Source of the DNA: an uncultured Eubacteriales bacterium
GTDB lineage: Bacteria; Bacillota; Clostridia; Lachnospirales; CAZQDT01
DNA: 64,000 nucleotides
Direction: 5' to 3'
Assembly: GCA_964638835.1 (NCBI GenBank)
Contig: CAZWZB010000002.1
Coordinates: forward strand, 19,785-83,784
Both the position numbers and the translations under genes were made by a program. Positions 26,952 through 36,198 of this stretch are shown here, one piece after another. The notes beneath the pieces are model-generated. The model saw nothing but the letters and a program-made list of their open reading frames with translations. It made no database searches and was not told the origin of the DNA. Positions within the stretch are counted from its first letter, which is position 1, and each line of letters begins with the position of its first letter.

Positions 26952-27968
26952 ATGAAATATGACTTAGAAAATTTATATTTACAAGGAATAGAGTGGAATA
27001 AAAATTCCAATAAAGAAATATTACAATATGCAATAGGTGCTTTATTATATACTCCAGCTACTAATAAAAGTATAGTAGATAAAACAATTCAAAATTTAAA
27101 ATCAATAGCACTTTGTCTTGAAGATGCTATAATGGAAAATTTGGAGTATGCTGAAGAAGTACTATCTAATAGCATTTCTAAAATATATAACAATTTATCT
27201 CAAAATAAAATTTCAATTAATGAGTTACCTTTAATTTTTATTAGAATTAGAAATGTAGAACAATTAAAAAGAATATTTAATAAATTAAATTCTTTTAAAG
27301 AAGTATTAACTGGTTTTATAATACCTAAATTTAATTCTAAAAATGCAAAAGAATACTTGAATGAATTTGAAATTATTTTAAATAAAACAAACAATATTTA
27401 TATTATGCCAATAATAGAGAGTGATAATATAATACATATTGAAACTCGAATTGACGAATTAATTAAAATTCAGAACATATTAAAACCAATATCAAATTAT
27501 GTTTTAAATATAAGAGTTGGTGGAAATGACTTTTGTAATTATTATGGATTTAGGAGAAATATATCACAAACCATATATGATATAAATGTTGTATCAAATG
27601 TACTTACAGATATTATAAATGTTTTTGGAAGAGATTATATAGTTTCAGCACCAGTATGGGAATACTTTGAAGATAGTAAAATTAAAACAAATTGGGCTGA
27701 GGGATTGAAAAGAGAATTAACTTTAGACAAGTTAAATGGTTTTATTGGTAAAACTTGTATTCATCCTTCACAACTTAAGGCTATACAAAATTCATTGATT
27801 GTAAATTATAATGATTATCAAGATGCGAAAAATATTTTGGGGTGGAAAGATGATATTTTAGGCGTTCAAAAAGGAAGTAATGGAAGAATGAATGAAGTTA
27901 AAGCTCATAAAAATTGGGCTGAAAAAACAATAAATCTAGCAAAAATTTATGGAGTGGAAAATTTATGA
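26952..27968 (+). CDS. HpcH/HpaI-aldolase / citrate-lyase-beta-like C-C lyase (Ter-linked type)
   Basis: 338-aa TIM-barrel-sized protein and first gene of the Ter-linked operon. 'ALCLEDAI' and 'IRVGGNDF' blocks are consistent with the CitE/HpcH fold. The assignment rests largely on context plus these blocks. Confidence 0.6.
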   Translation: MKYDLENLYLQGIEWNKNSNKEILQYAIGALLYTPATNKSIVDKTIQNLKSIALCLEDAIMENLEYAEEVLSNSISKIYNNLSQNKISINELPLIFIRIRNVEQLKRIFNKLNSFKEVLTGFIIPKFNSKNAKEYLNEFEIILNKTNNIYIMPIIESDNIIHIETRIDELIKIQNILKPISNYVLNIRVGGNDFCNYYGFRRNISQTIYDINVVSNVLTDIINVFGRDYIVSAPVWEYFEDSKIKTNWAEGLKRELTLDKLNGFIGKTCIHPSQLKAIQNSLIVNYNDYQDAKNILGWKDDILGVQKGSNGRMNEVKAHKNWAEKTINLAKIYGVENL

Positions 27969-28981
27969 AAAGAATAGTAAGAGTTTGGTTTAATCATTGG
28001 TTTAGTTCAGCATATCACATTATTAATCTGTTAAAACAAGATGAAAATATTAATTTTCATGTTATAGGTACAAATCAAAACATTAATTCAGTAATAAAAT
28101 TAGCTTGTGATGAGTGGTATGAAGAACCTGTATTTGAAACAGATGAAGAATATATAGAATATTGTATTAATTTTTGTAAAACAAATCAAGTAGAAGTTTT
28201 TGTACCAAGAAGAAGAATGATTGCAGTTTGTAAAAATTTAAACTTATTTAAAGAATTAAATGTAAAAGTTCTTGTTGACAATAACTATGAAAAGTTATGT
28301 ATATTAAATGATAAAGAAAAAACTTATAACTTATTTGAAAAGTTAAATATAAATGTAATTCCTGAAAGATATATAATTGATAATGTAGAAGATTTTTGTA
28401 AAGCTTATAAGTTAATTACTGCTAACTTTGAACGTGCATGTATTAAAATTACAAATGATGAAGGTGCAGTTAGTTTTAGAGTAATTGATGATAGTATAGA
28501 AGGTTATAAAGGTCTAAGAAGAGATTTAGGCTCAAAAATTACTTTTGAATATGCTAAAAAAATTTTAAGTGAACAAAAAATTTTTGAAAATATTATGGTA
28601 ATGCCTTATTTAACAGGAATAGAAGCAAGTATTGATTGTTTAAAAACAAATAGTGGATTAATTATTGTACCAAGGTTAAAAACTGGTGGTAGAGTTTCTG
28701 AAATAGTGTATGATAATAAATTAATTGAGTTATGTAATGAATTTTTTGAAAAGATTAGTTTAAATAATCCTTGTAATATACAGTTTAAATATTATGGTGA
28801 AAATCCATTTTTATTAGAAATAAATACAAGGATGTCAGGTGGTATCCCATACTCTTGTTTAGGAGCTAATGTTAATATTCCTAATATAGCAATAAATCAA
28901 CTTTTAGGAATTAATAAACCATGGGAAATTAATAAAATCTCAAGAAAGGTTGCTTATATTGAAATGCCAATATTAGTATAA
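27965..28981 (+). CDS. ATP-grasp enzyme (Ter-linked type)
   Basis: 4-nt overlap with the upstream gene. 'PFLLEINTRMSGG' is the ATP-grasp E-x-N Mg/ATP motif. The size and the 'CIKITNDEGAVSFRVI' central domain fit. Confidence 0.7.
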   Translation: MKRIVRVWFNHWFSSAYHIINLLKQDENINFHVIGTNQNINSVIKLACDEWYEEPVFETDEEYIEYCINFCKTNQVEVFVPRRRMIAVCKNLNLFKELNVKVLVDNNYEKLCILNDKEKTYNLFEKLNINVIPERYIIDNVEDFCKAYKLITANFERACIKITNDEGAVSFRVIDDSIEGYKGLRRDLGSKITFEYAKKILSEQKIFENIMVMPYLTGIEASIDCLKTNSGLIIVPRLKTGGRVSEIVYDNKLIELCNEFFEKISLNNPCNIQFKYYGENPFLLEINTRMSGGIPYSCLGANVNIPNIAINQLLGINKPWEINKISRKVAYIEMPILV

Positions 28982-28987
28982 AATATT

Positions 28988-30118
28988 ATGAAGATAATTG
29001 AGAATAAAACTAAATTTGAAGTATCAGATATAATACAAATAGGCAAGCGTTACAATAATAATAAAAGAACTCATTTATTAATAAACCCAATGCAAGCTAA
29101 ACATATTCCTGTATTACCAAGTAAACCACTTGAATTATTTTCAGCACTTGGTGAACTTTTAGTTAAAGATTTTAAAGATAAAAATAATTTTGTAATTGGA
29201 TTTGCAGAAACAGCTACTGCAATTTCAGCACAAGTTGCAACTATGTTAGGTGAAAATACTTTTTATGTTCATACAACACGAGAGAAAATGAATACATTAA
29301 ATATTGCCAAATTTGAAGAAGAACATAGCCATGCAGTAGAACAAAATTTGTTTTGTAATAATCCATATGAAACAATATTAAAGTCAGATACAATTATTTT
29401 TATTGAAGACGAAATTACTACAGGAAAAACAATAGTAAATTTTATAAATGCTTTAAAAAAGAATAATTATATAAAATCACATAAAATTGTTGTAGCTTCA
29501 ATCATAAATGCAATGGATAATTTAAATTTATTTAAAAATATGAATATAGAATGCAAATATTTATTAAAAATAAAATATGAACATGATAATAATAGTTTTT
29601 GTAATTTAACTTTAAACCAACACCAACAAGTTTTAGATAAAGAAATAAAATTTAACAATATCATTATTAATGGAAAATTAGAACCTCGTGTATGTGTTAG
29701 GGCAAATGATTATAAAAATTCATGTGAAAAATTTACTAAACTTCTACTTTCAACTTATAATTTGGAAGAATTTAAAAATAAAAGTGTATTAGTATTAGGA
29801 ACAGAAGAATTTATGTATGCATCTATTTTGGTAGCTAATAAAATACTGGACTATACAAACAATGTTAAAGTTCATTCAACTACAAGAAGTCCAATTACAG
29901 CTTATAAAGAAAAAGTTTACCCAATCAATAACTATTCTAAATTAGTAAGTTTTTATTGTGATGATAGAGAAACATTTTTATATAATTTAACTAAATATGA
30001 TAAAGTTTTAGTAATAACAGATGCAAATAATGGATTAAATTTAGGAGTTCAAAGTTTAACAAGACAACTAAGCTTATATGGTTGTGAAAATATTGATATA
30101 ATTAGGTGGGTTGAATAA
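28988..30118 (+). CDS. Phosphoribosyltransferase-domain protein with a C-terminal extension (PRTase_2+TRSP-like)
   Basis: 'DTIIFIEDEITTGKTIVNFI' is the classical PRPP-binding loop. A C-terminal domain of about 170 aa follows. Confidence 0.7.
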   Translation: MKIIENKTKFEVSDIIQIGKRYNNNKRTHLLINPMQAKHIPVLPSKPLELFSALGELLVKDFKDKNNFVIGFAETATAISAQVATMLGENTFYVHTTREKMNTLNIAKFEEEHSHAVEQNLFCNNPYETILKSDTIIFIEDEITTGKTIVNFINALKKNNYIKSHKIVVASIINAMDNLNLFKNMNIECKYLLKIKYEHDNNSFCNLTLNQHQQVLDKEIKFNNIIINGKLEPRVCVRANDYKNSCEKFTKLLLSTYNLEEFKNKSVLVLGTEEFMYASILVANKILDYTNNVKVHSTTRSPITAYKEKVYPINNYSKLVSFYCDDRETFLYNLTKYDKVLVITDANNGLNLGVQSLTRQLSLYGCENIDIIRWVE

Positions 30119-31168
30119 ATGCAATCATCATATTTAAAAGAAGATGTAGAAATATTATTAAAAGATATTACTAATATGGTAAAGCCACTTTCTACAGAAG
30201 AAAGAGAAAAAAGAATACAACAAGGTGTTCATTATTCTGAAATGTTACCTATTGAGTATAAACCATCTGATGAATATAAAAAAATATATAATGATTCATT
30301 AATAGAAAATGCAGATATTATGGCTGATGCAGTATCAATAGTATCAGAAAAAATATTTAAACTTAAACAAGAACAACTCGTATTAATATCTTTAGCTCGT
30401 GCAGGAATACCAATAGGTATTTTAATAAAAAGATATTTAAAAAACAAATATAAGATAAATATTCCTCACTATGCTATATCTATAATTAGAGGTAGAGGGA
30501 TTGACAATGTAGCAATGGAATATATATTAAATCTTCATCCTGCTAGCTCATTACAATTTGTAGATGGTTGGATAGGAAAAGGTGCAATTTTAAATGAATT
30601 GAAAAAAGAATTAAATAACTATGAAAATATTTCAAATGAAATGGCTGTAGTATCAGACCCAGCAGGAGTTACTAAATTATATGGAACTCAAGAAGATTTT
30701 TTAATTCCAAGTTCATGTTTAAATGCTACAGTATCAGGTTTAATAAGTAGAACATTTCTTAATAAAGAAATTATTTTTGAAAATGATTTTCATGGAGCAG
30801 CATTTTATAAAGAATTATTAAACGAAGATGTTTCTTATGAATTTATTAACATTGTAGAAAGCAAATTTAATTATAATATACACTATAATGAAGTATCTAA
30901 TAATCAGCAAGGATTAAAAGAAGTTGAAGGTATAGCAAAAAAATTTAATATAAAAAATATTAACTTTGTTAAACCGGGAATTGGTGAAACAACGAGAGTA
31001 TTATTAAGGCGAGTACCTCATTTAGTGCTTGTTAAAAACTTAAATGATACTAAGAATATTAAACATATATTAAGATTATCAAAAGAAAAACAAGTAAAGG
31101 TAATTGAATATCCACTTATAAATTATAAAACTTGTGGTTTAATTAAAGATTTGAATGCAGATGTGTAA
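30119..31168 (+). CDS. PELOTA-like + PRTase_1-like protein (annotated in databases as the 'StiP' family)
   Basis: Abuts the upstream stop (TAAATG). 'ISLARAGIPIGIL', 'FVDGWIGKGAI' and 'AVVSDPAG' blocks are as I recall them from the Ter-linked PRTase family. Context is strong. Confidence 0.55.
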   Translation: MQSSYLKEDVEILLKDITNMVKPLSTEEREKRIQQGVHYSEMLPIEYKPSDEYKKIYNDSLIENADIMADAVSIVSEKIFKLKQEQLVLISLARAGIPIGILIKRYLKNKYKINIPHYAISIIRGRGIDNVAMEYILNLHPASSLQFVDGWIGKGAILNELKKELNNYENISNEMAVVSDPAGVTKLYGTQEDFLIPSSCLNATVSGLISRTFLNKEIIFENDFHGAAFYKELLNEDVSYEFINIVESKFNYNIHYNEVSNNQQGLKEVEGIAKKFNIKNINFVKPGIGETTRVLLRRVPHLVLVKNLNDTKNIKHILRLSKEKQVKVIEYPLINYKTCGLIKDLNADV

Positions 31169-31178
31169 GAAAGGTTGA

Positions 31179-31805
31179 ATGCTAATGAATAAAATAATAT
31201 TAATGTCTGTTATATTATTATTTAATATAACATTTACTACAGGTGATAAAGTATCAAATATAAATACATTTTTAACAAAACAAAACTTAAACAATAATAT
31301 TGAACTTATCAAAGAAACTACTGCAAATATTCCACAATCTAATATTGTATTAAATACAGATAATAAAAACTATTACACAGATATCAATTTAACTTCTTAT
31401 GCAAAAAAATTAGATGTTCAAAATGATAACGAAAATTATTTTTCATTTAATAGAATTGATATAGTTGATAATAATGGTTATGAACATCAAGCAGTTGTGG
31501 TTATTTGTGATGGTTCAAATGATTTTACAAAACCATTTAATGAATTTGTTGAAAACTTAAAAATTGCTTATTCGGACGATTATGGTTACATTGTAGGATA
31601 TTTAGATTTAGTACGTGATAATCGTATAAGAACTTATTCTACAATGATAATTGATTTCTTTAAAATACAAAATGTTTCTATAACTGATAAAAATGATAAA
31701 GTATATAATGCAGTTGTTATTGCTATTGATGGCACTGAAGATTTTACAAAAAGTTATGAAGAACTTTTCTCAGAATTTTTCACTCTATATAAATCTAAAA
31801 AATAA
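31179..31805 (+). CDS. Exported/anchored protein with an internal duplication (unknown function)
   Basis: N-terminal hydrophobic helix 'IILMSVILLFNITF'. Two related modules: '..YEHQAVVVICDGSNDFTKPFNEFVENL' and '..VYNAVVIAIDGTEDFTKSYEELFSEF'. Confidence 0.5.
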   Translation: MLMNKIILMSVILLFNITFTTGDKVSNINTFLTKQNLNNNIELIKETTANIPQSNIVLNTDNKNYYTDINLTSYAKKLDVQNDNENYFSFNRIDIVDNNGYEHQAVVVICDGSNDFTKPFNEFVENLKIAYSDDYGYIVGYLDLVRDNRIRTYSTMIIDFFKIQNVSITDKNDKVYNAVVIAIDGTEDFTKSYEELFSEFFTLYKSKK

Positions 31806-31827
31806 TTTATTTAATAAAGGAGAAGCT

Positions 31828-32589
31828 ATGATACTTTTTGCATCAGACTTAGACAACACTCTTATATTTTCATATAAAAAAGCAATTGAAAATTCAATAT
31901 GTGTTGAAGTAAAAGATGATAAAGAATTATCTTTTATGACTTATAAAGCATATAACACATTACAAGATATAATAAATAAATTTGTCTTTGTACCTATAAC
32001 TACACGTTCTATTGAACAATATAAAAGAATTAAACTTTTAAAAAATAACTATCCAAAATATGCTTTAGTATGTAATGGAGGAGTACTATTAGTTAATAAT
32101 GAAGTAGATTCAAAATGGCATAAAGAAACATTAGACTTAATTTCTATAAGTATTTCAGAGTTAAATAAAGGGATAAAACTTTTAGATAATGATAAAAACA
32201 TTTATTTAAAACCAAGATGTGTTGATGATGTATTTGTATTTGCTAAAACATCTAACATAGAAGAAACAACTAACATTTTAAATAATAACTTAGACTTAAA
32301 TAAAGTAACTATTAAAAATATTCTCGATAAAATTTACATATTACCTAAAAATTTAACTAAAGGAAATGCTTTAGACAGATTAAAAAATCTATTAGAAATT
32401 GATTATACTATATGTTCAGGTGATAGTGATTTTGATATATCTATGCTACAAAAAGCAGATATAGCTATTATACCAAAAGAAAATGATATTTACAGTTATT
32501 TAAAACATCATAAAAACTTATTAGTCAGTAGTTTAGAAGGTATGTATTTTTCAGAAGAAATATTTTCAATACTATCAAAGTTATACTAA
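31828..32589 (+). CDS. HAD-superfamily (IIB-like) phosphatase
   Basis: 'FASDLDNTLIF' is motif I (DxDxT) and 'GDSDFDISML' is motif IV. I moved the start to the ATG at 31828 (AAAGGAGAAG RBS). The track start at 31693 overlaps the previous gene. Confidence 0.8.
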   Translation: MILFASDLDNTLIFSYKKAIENSICVEVKDDKELSFMTYKAYNTLQDIINKFVFVPITTRSIEQYKRIKLLKNNYPKYALVCNGGVLLVNNEVDSKWHKETLDLISISISELNKGIKLLDNDKNIYLKPRCVDDVFVFAKTSNIEETTNILNNNLDLNKVTIKNILDKIYILPKNLTKGNALDRLKNLLEIDYTICSGDSDFDISMLQKADIAIIPKENDIYSYLKHHKNLLVSSLEGMYFSEEIFSILSKLY

Positions 32590-32596
32590 AAAAAGT

Positions 32597-32631
32597 AAAC
32601 CCTAGATTGTATAATTACAGTCTAGGGTTTT
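32597..32631. terminator. Bidirectional terminator between the HAD gene and gdhA
   Basis: AAACCCTAGA-ttgtataattacag-TCTAGGGTTTT. Confidence 0.7.
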
Positions 32632-32636
32632 TAGTT

Positions 32637-33989
<1,353 letters not shown>

Positions 33990-34449
33990 TTAAAATTTGC
34001 AAGTAATAGTTTCATAACTTGCAATAAATATAATACTACAAAATAGATAATTATTCAAGTATTTTATCACACATATTTTTAACAAAAAAATTAATATTGA
34101 TTTATCAAAAATAATAAATTTTCATAAATCAATATTAGAGTGTTTATAGATAGAATAATTTATAATATTCTTTTTAAATCATTTTTATATAACTACGCTC
34201 AATGATTTTTAAAAAATTTTTAACTTTGGAGGGAATTATAATAATTTAATGTAAAAAAAGAAACAGATAAATCTGTTCCCTACAATCAATTTATTATATT
34301 CTTATATAACCACTCTCAAAATTTAAAATGCAATTTCTCGAAACACTTAAAAAAAAGTGTTCGATGTTTTTAAGGAAGTATACACATCATTATTTTAAAC
34401 AATTGAAATTTTATGCTCTTACTATATTTATTAAAGTTGAAAAATATTA

Positions 34450-34480
34450 AAGAGTATACAAACAATGTTTATATACTCTT
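34450..34480 (-). terminator. Terminator of the CODH operon
   Basis: AAGAGTATA-loop-TATACTCTT, T-rich on the minus strand. Confidence 0.55.
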
Positions 34481-34503
34481 TTGAAATAATCTTCAATTTT
34501 AAT

Positions 34504-35733
34504 TTATATTACCCATTTAAATAATCCATCTTTATCATCAATTCCATAAAAATCAGCAAATGATAAATCAAATAAAGATTTCTTAATATTAGTTACTTTT
34601 ATTTTGTTTTTAATAATGTATTGCCATATACCACTGTTAGAAATATCACCTTGTAAAATTACACCTACAACATAACCATCATGCAATACAATTTTTTTAT
34701 AGTTATTTTTATCTTCCCTTATTAATTCAGTATAGCTATCATCTTTTGGATTAACTTCACCTATTGAAAGAGAAACTAAAGAAAAGAAATTAACTGTATT
34801 TTTCATAGCATATCTGTCTTCATATTTAACTTCTAATCCACACATATTTTTACCAGCAATTTCACCTTGTTTCATAGCATTAGGCCATATACCAGAAAGT
34901 CCAGCAACATCACCAGCAGCATAAATATTTTTAACATAAGTTTGTAAATAATCATCAACAACTATAGAACGTTCTATTTTAATTTCGCTATTTTCTAAAA
35001 ATGATATAGCAGGTCTAACACCTGCAGCAACAATAACAAAATCACAATCTAATTTTTCACCATTAGAAATAGAAATATTTATAATATCCCCATTAGAATT
35101 AACTTCAGAAGAAACTGCTTTTTCAGATAATTTAAATTTACAACCTGCTTTTTCAAATCTAGTTTGATATTCTTTAGCTGATATTTTATCCATTTGTAGT
35201 GGCATTACTTTGTCTGCCATTTCTATAACAGTACAGTCTACACCTCTTTCTAAAAGTGCATAAACAGCATCCAAACCAACCAAACCAGAACCAACTATAA
35301 CTGCTTTACTACCCTTTTTTACTGCTTTGTCAATTGCTATAGCATCAGATAAATCTCTTAAACCATATACATTTTTAGCTGTTTTAAAATTAGGTAAAGG
35401 AGGTATTACAAAATTAGCACCTGTTGCTATTAATAATTTATCAAATGGTATGAAAGCTCCACATTCTAATAAAACTTTATTTTCTGTAGTATCAATTGAT
35501 ACTACTTTCTCACCTTTTACCCAATTAATATTATTTACTTCAAAAAAGTTTTGAGGGATAAAATTAATTTCTTCTTCCGAACGTTCATGGCTCATAAATT
35601 TATGTAACATACATCTTGAATGAACCATTTCATCTATAGAAATTAAAGTAATTTCATCATTAGGTTCAAATAAACGAATTGTTTTTGCTGCATTAATTCC
35701 AGCAGGACCTGCTCCAATAATAACATGTTTCAT
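34504..35733 (-). CDS. FAD/NAD(P)-dependent pyridine-nucleotide-disulfide-type oxidoreductase (CODH-associated)
   Basis: 'VIIGAGPAGINAA' and 'VIVGSGLVGLD' are two Rossmann GxGxxG motifs. 'AAGDVAG' is also present. Follows cooF. Confidence 0.8.
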   Translation of the reverse strand: MKHVIIGAGPAGINAAKTIRLFEPNDEITLISIDEMVHSRCMLHKFMSHERSEEEINFIPQNFFEVNNINWVKGEKVVSIDTTENKVLLECGAFIPFDKLLIATGANFVIPPLPNFKTAKNVYGLRDLSDAIAIDKAVKKGSKAVIVGSGLVGLDAVYALLERGVDCTVIEMADKVMPLQMDKISAKEYQTRFEKAGCKFKLSEKAVSSEVNSNGDIINISISNGEKLDCDFVIVAAGVRPAISFLENSEIKIERSIVVDDYLQTYVKNIYAAGDVAGLSGIWPNAMKQGEIAGKNMCGLEVKYEDRYAMKNTVNFFSLVSLSIGEVNPKDDSYTELIREDKNNYKKIVLHDGYVVGVILQGDISNSGIWQYIIKNKIKVTNIKKSLFDLSFADFYGIDDKDGLFKWVI

Positions 35734-35735
35734 GA

Positions 35736-36182
35736 TTACACCTCCAAAACGTATATAGCTTCTTTAGGGCAAGCATCAACACAACTTGGTTTTTCATTTT
35801 TATCTTTACAAAAATCACATTTTATAACTTTTGTTTTTGTTTTATAATCTGGTTTTAAAACACCATAAGGGCAGTTCATAACACACATAAAACAAGAACC
35901 ACATTTGTTAGCGTCATATTCAACTAAACCATTTTCCATATTTTTATTTAATGCTCCACTCATACAAGACCCGGCACATTCCGGAACATTACAATGTCTG
36001 CAAAATATAGGTTTATAATTTCCATCACTATCAAGCTGTATGAAATTTCTAGTTTCATTATCTAAATCACTTAAATCCATATCATAAACAGTTCCTTGTT
36101 CTTTTCTATGTGCATTCATACAAGCAATATTACAATTTAAACAACCATCACATTTATTAGCATCAATGAAAATTCGTTTCAT
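35736..36182 (-). CDS. cooF: 4Fe-4S ferredoxin-type electron-transfer protein (CooF-like)
   Basis: Several CxxCxxCxxxC(P) clusters ('CDGCLNCNIAC', 'CRHCNVPEC', 'CGSCFMCVMNCP', 'CDFC...CVDACP'). Confidence 0.8.
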   Translation of the reverse strand: MKRIFIDANKCDGCLNCNIACMNAHRKEQGTVYDMDLSDLDNETRNFIQLDSDGNYKPIFCRHCNVPECAGSCMSGALNKNMENGLVEYDANKCGSCFMCVMNCPYGVLKPDYKTKTKVIKCDFCKDKNEKPSCVDACPKEAIYVLEV

Positions 36183-36198
36183 ATGCTTTCCACCTTTC

